From positions 18,352,001 to 18,416,000 of the forward strand of contig OX597830.1 of assembly GCA_951406725.2 (NCBI GenBank): a stretch of DNA of 64,000 bases, written 5' to 3'. This stretch comes from Octopus vulgaris (taxonomy: Eukaryota). Of this stretch, positions 25,256 to 39,147 are shown piece by piece. Each line of letters starts with the position of its first letter. Position 1 is the first letter of the stretch. The translations under genes were made by a program, and so were the position numbers. A model generated the notes under the pieces. It did not search any database and was not told the DNA's origin. It saw nothing but the letters and a program-made list of their open reading frames with translations.

Positions 25256-25880
25256 AGGCGTGTGTGTGGTAAGAAGTTTGATTCCCAGTCACATGGTTCC
25301 AGGTTCAGTCCCACTGTGTGGCACCTTGGGCAATTGTCTCCTACTATAGCCTCAGTGTCTTCTACATTAGCCTTGTGAGTGGATTTGGTAGGCAGAAACT
25401 GAGAGAAGGCGGCGAGCTGGCAGAAACGTTAGCACGCCAGACAAAATGCTTAGAGGTATTTCATCTGCTGTTATGTTCTGAGTTCAAATTCTGTCGAGGT
25501 CGACTTTGCCTTTCATTCTTTCGGGGTCGATTAAATAAGTACCAGTTACGCACTGGGGTCAATATAATCAATGTAATCCCTTTGTCTGTCCTTGTTTGTC
25601 CCCTCTATAGTTAGCTCCTTCTGGGAAATAAAGAAATAAGAAACAGAGAAGCCTGTCATGTGTGTGTGTGTGTGTGTTCATGTTTCTCCCCCCATCACTG
25701 CTTGACAACCAAAGCTGGTGCGCTTATGTCCCTATAACTTAGCAGTTCAGCAAAGACCGATAGAAGAAGTTCTAGGCTTTAAAAATAAGTCATGGAGTTG
25801 ATTGTTCAACTAAAACCCTTCGGGGTGGTGCTCCAGCATGGCTGCAGTCAAATGAATAAACAAGTAAAAGAATAAAATAT
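25256..25880 (+). mobile_element. Family A SINE with a nested family B SINE (25408-25640)
   Basis: The A body is interrupted after agaaactgagagaa and resumes at agaaacagagaagcctg. Confidence 0.8.
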
Positions 25881-26597
25881 AACAAACATCAGTATATGAT
25901 TTATAAAATTTGGAACAAACCAACAAATTTGGTAGGAAGATAAACAAATTAAACCAACATTTGTACTAGACAGATACTAATTATATTAATCATGGAAGGA
26001 TGAACGGCAAAGTTGACCCCAGAGGAATTTGAACCATAAGGACCATAAGTGAATAAACAACATTTCAGTTTCTCTGACACTATTTTTTTCCAGTCTGTTG
26101 AATTATTTTCGAACAATACTAAATATATATTTCTATTCAGAGGTAATTAATTCATGTTTTATTAAGTGTTGTGTAATTAATCTCATAAATAAGTCCTGGA
26201 GTTGATTGTTCAACTAAAACCCTTCGGGGCAGTGCTCCAGCATGGCTGCAGTCAAATGAATGAACAAATAAAAGAATAAAATATAACAAACATAAGTATA
26301 TGATTAATAAAATTTGGAACAAACCAACAAATTTGGTAGGAAGATAGACAAATTAAACCAACATATGTACTAGACAGATACTAATTATATTAATTGTGGA
26401 AGGATGAAAGGCAAAGTTGACCCCAGAGGAATTTGAACTCACCATGTAAAGGACCATAAGTGAATAAACAACATTTCTGTCTCTCTGACACTATTTTTTT
26501 CCAGTCTATTGAATTATTTTAGAACAATACTAAATGTATATTTCTATTCAGAGGTAATTAATTCATGTTTTATTAAGTGTTATGTAATTATTCTCAT
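25783..26597. repeat. Tandem duplication, ~405-bp unit, two copies
   Basis: 25783-26186 is repeated at 26187-26597 with high identity. Confidence 0.9.
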
Positions 26598-26784
26598 GAT
26601 CGATCAATCCTTGCTTCATATCAGTGTTTCTTAACCATTTTTTTTTACCTATGGGCCCCTTTGATTCCTATTTTACTCAGGCAGACACTCCTAGCCAGTC
26701 AATGTATATAAAATTCTATTATATCATCATAATTGAATATTGAGAATTGTATTTAAAAAACTTGTTAAACTATTTTGTGAATTT

Positions 26785-27173
26785 AGGCGCAGGAGTGGCT
26801 GTGTGGTAAGTAGCTCGCTTACCAATCTCATGGTTCCGGGTTCATTTCCACTGCGTGGCACCTTGGGCAAGTGTCTTCTACTATAGCCTCGGGCTGACCA
26901 AAGCCTTGTGAGTGGATTTGGTAGACGGAAACTGAAAGAAGCCCGTCATATATGTATATATATGTATGTGTGTGTGTTTATGTGTTTGTGTTTGTCCCCC
27001 CAACAACCGATGGTGGTGTGTTTACGTCCCTATTACTTAGCAGTTCGGCAAAAGAGACTGATAGAATAAGTACTAGGCTTACAAAGAATAAGTCCTGGGA
27101 TCGATGTGCTCAACTAAAGGTGGTGCTCCAGCATGGCCACAGTAAAATGACTGAAACAAGTAAAAGAGTAAAA
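26785..27173 (+). mobile_element. Family A SINE nested in a hAT-type MITE (~26621-27230)
   Basis: Full SINE; the flanks match the 4018-4232 MITE. Confidence 0.8.
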
Positions 27174-27776
27174 GTTATTGGAGATAAATTTTAACAATAG
27201 AATCTTATATGGACCTCAATTGAAAACTAGAGTTTTATATGAATGTATAAACAATCTAGTAAATAATTATGTATGGTTGAAATTGTACTGAGAATGAATG
27301 AGATCTTGTTGATACCCAACTAAGTGGCATGAGACCCAACCAGGTTAAGACTTGATTAGATTGTGACCCAAATTTGTTGAGACCCAAATCTTGGTTTATA
27401 TTATCACATAAACCAAACATTTGCAGAAATCATTTTAGAGCTGAATATATTCTTATAAAGTTGATTTTTATATTTAATGGTGTTATGCAATTGTTTTGGA
27501 TAATTCATTCTAGTTCTGTACAAATTTATAAATAATGTCTATAAACAATAGATATACAGAGTTGCTGTTTAGCCTCAAAAGCCAACTAACAGCAACTATC
27601 TTGTTGTTTTAGATGTATGTTAAACTGCATTGCACAATATATCCTTCCCTTTTCTAAGAGGATAGATATAATTTGAGGAAGATTTGCTGCTATTTTCAGC
27701 AAGTCAAATGTCCATACAGAAGCTCCCTACTTTGCTCATACAGTACTCCCTGTGTGTATTTAGTCTCACTGTGACA

Positions 27777-27847
27777 TTCACAGGCTGTATAATGGTGTTA
27801 CACTTGCCTGCTAAGCAAGAGATAGGCGTTCATGCCCCCGTGGGAGA
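27777..27847 (+). pseudogene. tRNA-like relic (Asp-like framework, degenerate)
   Basis: gtataatggtg A-box-like segment; perfect anticodon arm cttgc-ctgctaa-gcaag; gttc in the T region. T and acceptor stems are poor. Confidence 0.35.
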
Positions 27848-28719
27848 TATTTTATTTTATGGTTAGTGCTTGCTAGAATCTCAAGCATCAGACAAATACA
27901 CCATGGTATTTGGGGTTATGTTTCTGAGGGATGTATGGGATTTGAAAAAAGGTGATGTTCCACCATGAAACCAGTAAAAGAATAAAAGAATCTGTTCACT
28001 GACAATAAAAGAATCTAAAAATGGATAACTGATTCTCACAGTATCAAAACTGAATAAGATCCAGTTAAGTAAAAATTGCGCTTCCTTGGTTGTTGCTGTT
28101 ATTTAGCCCCAGGTCAGCTCCAGTAGACCTGTAATCAAAAGTGTTCCAGCTGTGAGCATCCTGTCTGTTTCCCAGACATTGTGTATCTAGGACTATATGA
28201 CCTTCCCTTTTAGTGGGAAGATGTCACCAGGGGTTGCAATCCCCAAATTATTTTAAGCCAGAACTATATTTTTGGGGGTAAATAAATATTCTTATAAAAA
28301 ATATATTTCTATTAGGTATAGCTGTGGGGTTAAGAATTTTACTTGGGCTGAGAATTGTCTAGTAGAGTCTCAGCTTGACCGATGCTCAGTGAGTGAACTT
28401 TGGAAACAGTAAACTGCATGGAAAACCTGTGTGTATGTGTGCATGCACATGTGAACCAGCAACGGATTGTCGATAAATCATTGCATGACGCAAAATTACC
28501 TTCAGGTATTTATTCAATGCATGTGATATTACATTACACTAACGAACTTAACCATTTAATAAACAGGAGTTTAATAAGAAGTAAATTATCAGATAAAGTA
28601 CTGAAATCAATATGAATAATGTATGTGAAGCATTGTGTGCATGTTTATCTAAATTTGTACCATCGGCCTACATGAGTTATTCCCTCTTAGCTCTTTTCTT
28701 TTATGCAAATTACTGACCT

Positions 28720-28930
28720 GTTAGCACGCCGGATGAAATGCGTAGCCGTATTTCGTCTGCCGTTACGTTCTGAGTTCAAATTCCGTCGAGGTCGACTTTG
28801 CCTTTCATCCTTTTGGGGTCGATAAATTAAGTACCAGTTACGCACTGGGGTCGATGTAATCATCTTAATTCATTTGTCTGTCCTTGTTTGTCCCCTCTAT
28901 GTTTAGCCCCTTGTGGGTAATAAAGAAACA
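28720..28930 (+). mobile_element. Family B SINE
   Basis: Consensus match; the first ~20 nt are missing. Confidence 0.8.
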
Positions 28931-29146
28931 TTTATTTTATATAAAGCAAGCTTTGGTAGACAATGCTAAGATTTAATAAGACTGAGACACATCTATAGCT
29001 GACCTTTTGCAAGCAAGGATTACCTCCCCACATCCAACCTCCATATTAAACTGTGAAATTTATTGATTCTCAGTTTTCTGAAATTGTCCCCTGTTTCCCT
29101 GATGGTTGCTTGTGACCAAATACCACAATATTTTGTCTTCTTTCTT

Positions 29147-29365
29147 TAACCCTTTAGTATTCATTTAAACCAGCCATATCCAGCCAAAATATTATAATTG
29201 TTTTAGTTTTGAAATGGCCAGATTGTGCTTTTCACACCTGCCCTACAATGTCATTAAAGAAAACAACCAATCACATGAAAATCACCAATCTACAAGACAA
29301 TGCATGATTAATTCAAAACAATGTGAATTTTTAAGCATTACAATTGACAAAGTATTCTGAATACT
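29147..29365 (+). mobile_element. piggyBac-type MITE family P2
   Basis: ttaaccctttagtattc start; body matches 18906-19126. Confidence 0.65.
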
Positions 29366-29481
29366 TCATTTATTTCAAAATTTTTTGCAGATATCCCTGA
29401 GTACATGACTCATTACTTATCTAACTTCATGCTCCTGACCCACTTGATTTATTTCCCCTTAGATAATTTTATTATTCGATG

Positions 29482-29780
29482 AGGCGTAGGAGTGGCTGTG
29501 TGGTACATAGCTTGCTTACGAACCACATAGTTCTGGGTTCAGTCCCACTGCGTGGCACCTTGGGCAAGTGTCTTCTACTATAGCCTTGGGCTGACCAAAG
29601 CCTTGTGAGTGGATTTGGTAGATGGAAACTGAAAGAAGCCCTTTGTATGTATGTGTGTGTGTGTGTATGTTTGTGTCTGTGTTTGTTCCCCCAACATCGC
29701 TTGACAACCGATGCTGGTGTTTACATCCCCGTAACTTAGCGGTTCGGCAAAAGAGACCAATAGAATAAGTACTTGGCTTT
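29482..29780 (+). mobile_element. Family A SINE, 3'-truncated
   Basis: Head and body present; ends after aataagtacttggctt. Confidence 0.8.
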
Positions 29781-30541
29781 CACTTAATGTTATCTAACTC
29801 CAGTCTCAACCAACCTATGACCAAAGTTATCCAGCTGTGACCATCCTGTATTTCTTTTGTGTTTGAGACAGTGTTTCTAGGATCACATTATTCAATGAGT
29901 CCTTTAGTTTTTAAGAATTTGACGGGGATTTGACTGCTTTCTCTTGTAGAACAATTGATTATATAGATGCTCTTTTTAGGCTTGTTATTTTGCACATTGT
30001 TCAAAACTATCTGTTCGTGAGATCAAATCTGCTCCCAGCATTTTGTCACATTTTTAGTAAGAACACTATACTCTTCATACATTAAGCCAATTTATATTTC
30101 TCAGAAACAAACACCATGTAATTTAATTAATAATGTTAGTTATGATAGAAAAGGAGCTACCTACCTATCTAGGGGTATATTTTTATAATCACTTCATATT
30201 GTAAAACCAGAGCTAAGTACTGGCTCTCAAATGAAGGAGGAACTTGCAAAACATTTATTTTTATATTCATTAATTCAAGATATAGCCCAGAGCCTTTTTC
30301 TCTTTCCAGACCTGCCATCACTATATTTCTAATGAAGCACACTGCTTAAGTGTTTCAATTAATTTTGAAAACAATCAAGAATCTGGCAAGATTTAGCAAA
30401 ACAGCATCGTTAAGTAATGGAGCATAGCTCAATAAAAAGATTTTTAAATAAAATGTTTCAATTTCAACAGGAACAGTTTGTATTTAGTCCCTATCTCAGT
30501 GGGGGATGGGGTATCAATTAAGTTGATTGAAATCAGTGTGG

Positions 30542-30806
30542 TTAACCTTTTAGCATTTAAACTGACCCTATCCAGCCCAAATATTCCATCCACTTTATGT
30601 TCAAACTGGCCAAACCTGGCTTCTCACATATAGAATGTCATTCTAAAAATAAACAGTCACAGCTTTGACATCTCAAAGCTACAAGGTAATTCATGGTGAA
30701 TAACCCGTCCAACACCTGCTAGCATGGAAAACATGTTAAACGATGATGATGATGTGAATAAATAAGCATTACATTTGAAAAACTAATCTGAATACTAAAG
30801 GGTTAA
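30542..30806 (+). mobile_element. piggyBac-type MITE P2 containing a ~50-bp RTE tail
   Basis: TTAA ends. Insert cccgtccaacacctgctagcatggaaaacatgttaaacgatgatgatgat is flanked by the gtgaataa direct repeat. Confidence 0.7.
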
Positions 30807-30880
30807 TGTTCAGTGTGATAAATTGTGGTAGATCAGCAGGTGTGCAGAGAACATGAACAAGTTAGGAGTGGCTGTGTTAT

Positions 30881-31280
30881 AGGCACAGGAGTGGCTGTGC
30901 AGTAAGTAGCTTGCTTACCAACCACATGGTTTCAGGTTCAGTGGCACTTTGGGCAAGTATCTTGTACTATAGCCTTGGGCCGACCAAAGCCTTGTGAGTG
31001 GATTTGGTAGACGGAAACTGAAAGAAGACCGTCGTATATATGTATATATATATATAGATATAGATATATATATGTTTGTGTGTCTGTGTTTGTCTCCCCA
31101 ACATCGCTTGACAACTGATGCTTGTGTGTTTACGTCTCCGTAACTTAGCAGTTTAGCAAAAGAGACCAATAGAATAAGTACTAGGCTTCCAAAGAATAAG
31201 TCCTGGGGGTCGATTTGCTCAACTAAAGGTGGTGCTCCAGCATGGCCGCAGTCAAATGACTGAAACAAGTAAAAGAGTAA
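30881..31280 (+). mobile_element. Family A SINE, full length
   Basis: Consensus match. Confidence 0.85.
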
Positions 31281-32617
31281 GCAGGGGAGAAAGAAAGAGG
31301 GGAAACTCTCTTCTTCTAACCTGGTACTACTTACTACATTCTCTTCTCCTTCACCACTTTCTCTGTCTCCTATTAGAAACCATTGAGAGGAACCTCTATA
31401 TAGCTGCTTCATCTGCTAGAACTAGCAACCAAATCTCTCAGAAACCAACCAGATGCTACCAGCTTCAATGAACTACTTACACTGAATGATGTAGTCCTAC
31501 ATATATCATAGGGTGCTTACATCAGGTGCAACTTTCTGGGACATCTTTAATAAAAGTCAGTGCAATCAGGGTTGGACTGGTGTTAAACAACAGTAACAAC
31601 CTTCACCATTAAATCCCTATGACAAATGGTCATGGCTGGAATACATTTCATAAAAATATTTATCCAGTCAGGGTTGACCTGGGGTTAAACAACGTAGCTA
31701 CTACCACTATCTCCCGTATTCCACCAGGCTATGTTCCCCTGTCTTTCATTGTTGCTCATAGCCTCATTCCTTCAGCTCATTTCCAAAACATCAAAAGCCT
31801 GTTTATCTGAAGAAAAAAAAAAAATTCCAGGGTACAGACCCAATAATTACCATCCCTAATATCCCCCCTACCACCACCATTGTCCATCATCTCATCTACT
31901 GGGGTATCTCCTCTCTCTCTCACACACACACTGGAGTAGTTTAATATCCCTTAGCAATGACTTTCACTCTGATCTTTCTTCCCCCTACATGTGCTTGAAG
32001 CATGACTGATAGCTGATAGTTGTCTGTCTCTCCCTTTTTCTTTCTCTCTCTCCCTTTTTTTCCAACTGTGCAAGCTCTCTCAAGCATGACCTTCCACTGT
32101 AACATCTCTCCCTCTCCTCTTGTCCTCTTTAGGGACCTCTATCACACAGTCCCTGGACTTGTTTACTATAAATAGTGGCCAATCTCCCTCAAATTACACC
32201 CAAACATATTATAAAAAAATGGATAAATAAAAAAGGACACATCAGATAATGTAGTCTTAGATACATTATACCTCAAAAGAAAAGAGTGGATGGTCACAGC
32301 AGGAATGCTTTTGAATGCTTTTCAAGGCTGATGGGATGAGCACATTTGGAATCCTGCTAGATCAGAGCTGCCTTCTCCAGGTTAACAACTTCAACAGCCT
32401 GTATGAAATTGAAATTCTTGTTGCCTGAAGAATCACATTAGTGATAACTCTGTAATTACAGTAGAATGGACTCTTTTACTCGTTTTACTTGTTTCTGTCA
32501 TTTGCCTGTGGCCATGCTGGTGCACCGCCTTTAGTCGAGCAAATCGACACCAGGACTTATTCTTTGTAAGTCCAGTATTTATTCTATCTGTCTCTTTTGC
32601 TGAACTGCCAAGTTACG

Positions 32618-33210
32618 AGAAATGAGGTCTCTATAAAAATGTCAAGCACTGAAGATAGTGGGTAGGGAAAGGAGAAATACTGGTACCCAAGGCTAAAGAA
32701 GGTCTTCACTAAGCTAAGAGCTTTAGATTCTTTGGAAGAAAGCAAGGGAATGAATACAAAAACAAGGAAGAAAACAGAAATAAATGGTACAAATGCAAAC
32801 AACAGGACATTAACAACAAGTGTCTTTTGGCTAAGGATGAATTAAATTAAGCTGGTGTGTGTGGAAGTGGAGCCTTATGGTAGGAACATAGAAGATGAAA
32901 GTCATGGGAAGGAATATAAGAGATACTACATGGATGGTAGTCAAACCAAGAAAGAAAGGTTAGGTTTGGCTGAACACTGGTCACATGGAAGGAGAGGAGA
33001 GAGGTAGGGGTAGAAGGGTTGAAGAATTAGGGAGGGAGAAGAAAGACAGAAAAAAGGAAAGGGACCAGAGTGAGGTAAAGGAGAATGGTAAGTGATGAGA
33101 ATGAAGGGAAGGCCAAGAAATGTGAGAGAGGGTGGGAGCAAGAAAAAGAAAAGTGGAAGGAATGAAGAAAGTGTGAAGGGGGCTAAAGGAAAGAGTAAAA
33201 GAGTCCTACA
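32618..33210 (-). mobile_element. Unclassified purine-rich repeat related to 54665-55062
   Basis: Shares gctttcttcca..g.atctaa.gc.ctt.gcttag and aaagac.cttgt...gtcctg motifs with the 54.7-kb element. Confidence 0.45.
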
Positions 33211-33221
33211 GAATTTAGATT

Positions 33222-33682
33222 GGAGTGGCTGTGTTGTGAGTAGCTTGCTTACCAACCACATGGTTCCAGGTTCAGTCCCACTGTGTGGCACCTACTATAG
33301 CCTCGGGCCAACCAAAGCTTTGTGAGTGGATTTGGTAGACGGAAACTGAAAGAAGCTCATCCTATATATGTATATATATGTGTTTGTCCCCCCAACATCA
33401 CTTGACAACCGATTGTGGTGTGTTTATGTCCCCGTAACTTAGCAGTTTGGCAAAAGAGACTGATAGAATAAGTACTAGGCTTACAAAAAAATAAGTCCTG
33501 GGGTCGATTTGCTCGACTAAAAGGCGGTGCTCCAGCATGGCCACAGTCAGATGACTGAAACAAGTAAAAGAGGGAAAGAAAGAGGAAATGCACATTCACT
33601 AATTGATATAGTCCTTATATACACAATATTTGAAAGATGAGATGACCATCAATGGAATGACTTTGATCATAGGTCTGCTTAA
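33222..33682 (+). mobile_element. Family A SINE plus ~115-bp 3' flank nearly identical to 46331-46443
   Basis: gagggaaagaaagaggaaatgcacattcac...gatcataggtctgcttaa follows the SINE at both loci. Confidence 0.8.
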
Positions 33683-36215
33683 AAGTGTACATATATATAA
33701 AATAACAAAACAAAAAATGAAATACATACATACATACATATGTATAAGGTTTGTTTATTAGTATTCATGAGTTTGAACTCTCCCACTAATATATACATCT
33801 TCATCATCTTTTAATGACTGTTCTTCATGCTCACATGAGTTGGCCAGTTTGACAGGAACTGGTCAGCTGCAGAACTGCGTGGGCTCCTTTTGTCTGTTTT
33901 GGCATGGTTTCTACGGCTGGATACCCTTCCAAATGCCAACCCCACTTTACAGAGTGTACTGGATGCTTTTATGTGCCACTATTACTTGACGCAGGCATAC
34001 ATGTTTTTACGTGGCCCCAGCACCTATGACCCCACAAGACTAAGATCTCTCGCCTGAGAAACGGATGTAGAGGATGCCCCTGTATGCATGGACAGCCACA
34101 TATCTACATACATGTAAACAGTTTTATAACATATACACACATATTCATACACATCATTTCCCTTTCATAAAGTTGTACTCAGTAAAGAAAATTAAGTTCA
34201 CTTGGTCTTTACATTCCATGAAAAAACCTGAAATGCTTAAATTCTATCATAAACAATGTTTTCATTTTAATTTAATATTTAAGAAAACATATCACCTTCT
34301 CATGTCACACTAAAATCCTTCGCAATTTTAAAACTTTTTACCAAACATACTCTTACTAATGCAGACCACTAATAGTCCCTTAGGATTACAATAGTTACAT
34401 TTGATATACACACTATATACATATATTATATTTTGCCAAACGTGGTTTGGTTAGTTTTTATGCTGAATCACTATAAAAACTATACATAAGGTGGTGAGCT
34501 GGCAGAAACGTTAGCACACCGGGTGAAATGCTGAGCAGTATTTCGTCTGTCTTTATGTTCTGAGTTCAAATTCCACCAAGGTTGACTTTGCTTTTCATTC
34601 TTTCAGGGTCGATAAATTAAGTACCAGTTGCATACTGGGGTCGATCTAATCAACTGCCCTCCCTCCCCCAAAATTTTGGGCCTTGTGTCTAGAGTAGAAA
34701 AGAATATAAAAACTGCAGAAGGTTAGTGAAGCTAGCAGGTTTTCTAAAGTGATTATAGTGAAAGAGGGAAGAGCAGGAGTATTAGAGTAGGACCCTGTTG
34801 GAAGGAAAGGGTTCAAATCTTTAGTGTTAAAGGATGAAATCTTTATCATCACCTACCAAATATTTGAGTGCAAGCAAATTGCCAATATCATTAGAGTGTC
34901 ATGCCTTGCAATATTTATTCAGGCTCCTTACGTTTTGAGTTCAAATCCCATTTAGGTCAACTTTAATATTCATCTTCCTTGGATCATTACAAATGATGTA
35001 AAAGTATCTAAGATGGTGAACTGTGGAATCGTTAGTATGTCGGTGGGATGCTTTGCTGCATTTGTTCTGGCTTTGTGCATTTTGAGTTCAAATCCAATCA
35101 TGGATCACATAGGTGAAAGACTTAATCCACCACCTGGTTTAACATCACTAGCTAACCCTAACCCGGTCCTTGGGAGCCTTTAGAACAGTGGTAAGATTTG
35201 GCTATTATAATTTAGGTGCAATAAATTGGTTGTTTTTGCATTACACAAAATATTTTAACAATTTTTTATACAATTCCTAATAATATTTAATCATGAAAAT
35301 ATAAGATATTTTAAAACTTCAAATGGCTATTGGAGTCCAGCAGAATAAAATAAGAATCAAAGGGGTCCACAGGCAAAAAATGGCTTAGAACCACTGCTTT
35401 AGAGGAATCCACTTTGTTTCATGCATTTATGCCAGGTCTCCAATTTGAGAATTCCTTCCTCCCTCTCACCAGACTTAGGGGTTGAAAATTGTTATGAGCA
35501 CTGCCCTTGCTACTTGGTTAATTGATAAAAAAAAATTGCTTAGTCATGTGGTTAAGAAGTTCAGTTTAAAATTACATGATTTGGGGGTTCTGGTTCCACT
35601 GTGAACCTGAAATTGTGAAAGTGAAACTGAGGTGGTGGAAAAATGTACTGAAGTCTGGCAGATGGACTGTACTTGTTCTTCACTAGTAAACTTAAACTAC
35701 TATTGGTTTAACATCACCACATAAGCCATTTGGGGGTGGTCTCTTGTCGGAGAATATCTACTTCCTCTCTTTCTTCTTCCTACTGGCTTTAGAGGCCCTG
35801 AAAATATAGTCCTGCTCTTCCCTCTCCGGCTAAATCAGAAACCTATTTGCTACAGCCAAGAAAACTATTTCTATTCAATCACTTGAAGCAAGATATAATG
35901 GCAGACAGAGGAGTCTGGAAAATATTTTAAAATGCTGTGAAGGTGAGAGGTAGTAGATAATTAAATCTAGTTTCATTTATAAGGCTGGAGAAGAATATGG
36001 TGGTATGGGCCCCACATAGAAGGTAATTGAAGATTTTAGAGTTTAGCCTGACCTTCGTTGAGTAACATGCTATCTTTTGAGAAATGTTATTTACTATTCC
36101 GACTGTAAATAATGGCACAAGGCCAGCAATTGGGAAGCTTGGTGCTTCAATACAGCAATTTTGAAATTTTGGCTTCCACACAGTTTCATTTTCCAATTCA
36201 CTCATGCATTTACTT

Positions 36216-36517
36216 GTGGAGGCACATGGCCTAGTGGTTAGAGCAGTGGACTCACGGTCGAGGAATTGCAGGTTCGAATCTCAGACCGGGCGATGTGTGT
36301 GTTTATGAGCGAAACACCTAAGCTCCACGCAGCTCTGGCAGAAGGTAATGGCGAATTTCTGCTGACTCTGTTGCCACAACTTTACTCCTGCATCTTGCAG
36401 CTCACCTGCAACAAACCGGCGTCCCGTCCAGGTGGGGAACCTATATGCCAAGGAAACCAGGAAACTGATCCTTATGAGCCAGGTCCTTCTCTAGGCTCAA
36501 GAAGGAACAAACAACAA
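36216..36517 (+). mobile_element. tRNA-Arg-like SINE (OR-type), tail variant 1
   Basis: ggaggcacatggcctagtggttagagcagtggactcacggtcg...ggttcgaatc; (aac)n tail; 13-bp TSD catgcatttactt / cacgcatttactt. Confidence 0.8.
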
Positions 36518-38219
36518 CACGCATTTACTTAGTTGATATCATCAACTTCAGTGGTCTTGTACATTATTTCATTGACCTCAGATGGCTGAAAAGAGCAAAG
36601 TTAACATCAACAGGATTAACTTAGTTTGGAGATTTTGAAGTTCAATCTAGTCTTCCCTGAATGAATTGCTGTTTACCTTTTGAGAAATGGTGTCTATTAT
36701 TACCAGGACTGAAAATTATGCTATTTGTACATGTTCTTGGTTGGCAGATTTAATCAATCATTGCCACCTAGTCTGGGTCTCCAGCATTTAGATAATTTCT
36801 TTCTTTTCTTCTTTTTATCTCTCTCCCTCCCGCCCTCCTTCCCACCTGTCTTAGAAGCTCTGCAACATGTCATGGTTGTTGCTATTCCTTCTCTGACAAA
36901 TTCATAAGAAAAAATTGGATAAAACAGATCCAGACTTTGGCTGTTCACTTATTGTTGTTGAGTTCCATGTCCCATCCTAACTGAGCAGATATGATGAAAG
37001 ACTTTCCAGCCATAGCTACTCCATCTTATTTTCAGCTATTGCATGTGAACAAACATAAATCAACATCTACTATTTTTTTTTTTTTTAAGATGGCGGGGCA
37101 TACGTTTGAAGGAAATTGAGCTACTATTTCTAGAAAGTTGAGGAAATACATTAAGAAATTCCTTACTGGTTTGCATGGCTACCCAGTAAATTAATCTGGT
37201 AGCAAAGAAGATTTCAAGTTTCCTACAATAATTTCATTAGCATCTGGATTAAAAGAGATAAAGTAAATGCCAGATGCTAAATTCTTACAAAATAAAAAAG
37301 AAGAGCCAAAAAAAAATCAATAAATAAAAACCATGTTGTACCTCATTTGTATGTACTTAAGAATGCATTTGTTTCCATGATGAGGAGGTATATATATCAG
37401 TGGTGTACTTAAACATCATTTGTATGTACCAAAATAGGAGGCATTATCATAAGAGCATCAGATAAAATGTCTTGTGGTATTATTGCAGTTTCTTGCATTA
37501 TGAGTTCAAATCCAGTTAAAGTCAACTTTGTCTTTCATCCTTATAGGATCAATAAAGTATCGGTCTGAGGTGGTAAAGTGGCAAAATCATTAGAGTGCCA
37601 CACAGGATACCTTGTGGTATTTATTCCAGTTCTTTGGGTTCTGAGTCCAAATCCCACTATGGCTTACTTAGATGGTCAACTTAATTTAACCAGGTTTAAT
37701 CTCCAACACCATGTTCTTCAGTGCCTTTTGTGGGGTCAAGTTTGTTGTTAGTATTTAGACCAGGTGTGCTGTTTGAGAATACCTTCGCTGTTCCTTACCT
37801 TGGAAGCCCTTAACCCTTTTATTAGAATATTTCTGTCAAAATACTATAATTTTGTTTAAATTAATTTTTAAAATAATGAAAAATTTAGGAAAATAACTTT
37901 GTCATAAACAAGCTGTATTGGAATATCAATTAACATGAAATTTCTATGGAAGGTTTTGATTTAGTTCACTACCCATGTCAGCATGGAAAGCGGACATTAA
38001 ACAATGAGGGTGATGATGAGTGATATATTAACCCTTTAGCAATCAGATTACTTAGTCAAATTAAATGCTTATTTATTCGCATTGTTTTGAAATCATTATG
38101 ACTTATCTCATAGCTTCAGGATTTCAACGATGTGATTGTATATTTTTAGAATAACATTTTAGGGTAGTTTGAACAGAGGACAAGTAGAATATTTAATCTA
38201 GATAGGGCCAATTAAGATA

Positions 38220-38389
38220 GGTTAAATTAAGTCGACCAGCTAAGTAAGCCATAGCGGGATTTGGACTCAGAACCCAAAGAACTGGAATAAATACCACAAG
38301 GTATCCTGTGTGGCACTCTAATGATTTTGCCACTTCACCACCTCAGACTGATACTTTATTGATCCTACAAGGATGAAAGACAAGTTGAC
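38220..38389 (-). repeat. Inverted copy of 37521-37691 inserted in a P2 MITE, flanked by a 37-bp direct repeat
   Basis: Direct repeat gacaagtagaatatttaatctagatagg.ccaattaa at 38179-38215 and 38387-38423. Confidence 0.9.
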
Positions 38390-38496
38390 AAGTAGAATAT
38401 TTAATCTAGATAGGACCAATTAAAATGCTAAATGGTTAATGATGCATTTCAGCAGCATATTACAAAAACAATTTTCTTTGTAATTTGAAATTTTAA

Positions 38497-39147
38497 TACT
38501 GTTATATTTGGGGACGGTCATATTTCTTTCACTGACTAACTACACATGCAATATATTTGGTCATCACTTCAGCTTTATTATTATTTTATTTTAGTATCCT
38601 TTGTCCAAAATTTTTCATCACACATCCTGTGACCTCTTCAGTGATGTGTTACGAAAAATTTCAGACAAAGGGCATTAAAATAAGAATAATAAGAGCACTC
38701 AGAGAGTGCAAACCTCCAAGACAACACCAACATCCTCTCAATGATTAGCCAGAGATGATTTTTAAAATGAGAATATCTGAAATAAACTCGACTGCTTTCA
38801 CAGACGAGAATACTAAGAATGAACCCAGCCGCTCTCAAAAATTAAGTAAAACAAAAACGGAAAAATAATCCAGAATCCTTGTCTGGTACCGGATCGATCC
38901 CAAAATCTAATCAGTTTGTGTCAGTCATGAGGCCATTTATCACTGAAAGTTTCATCTGAATCCATCCAATGGTTCTTGAGATATCTTGTCCACGGACAGA
39001 CGAACAAACAAACATGACTGAAAACAATACCTCTGCCTTCATTAAGGCAGAGGTAATAATAAAGCTGAAGTGAAAACCAAATATATAGTGCATGTGGTTA
39101 GTTGGCAAAAAAGAAAATAAAAACGACCATACCCAAATACAACAATA
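38497..39147. mobile_element. Long-TIR (~90 bp) TA-flanked MITE interrupted by a HINE-like element (38688-39060)
   Basis: tactgttatatttggggacggtc...cacttcagctttatt versus aataaagctgaagtg...gaccatacccaaatacaacaata. Confidence 0.65.
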
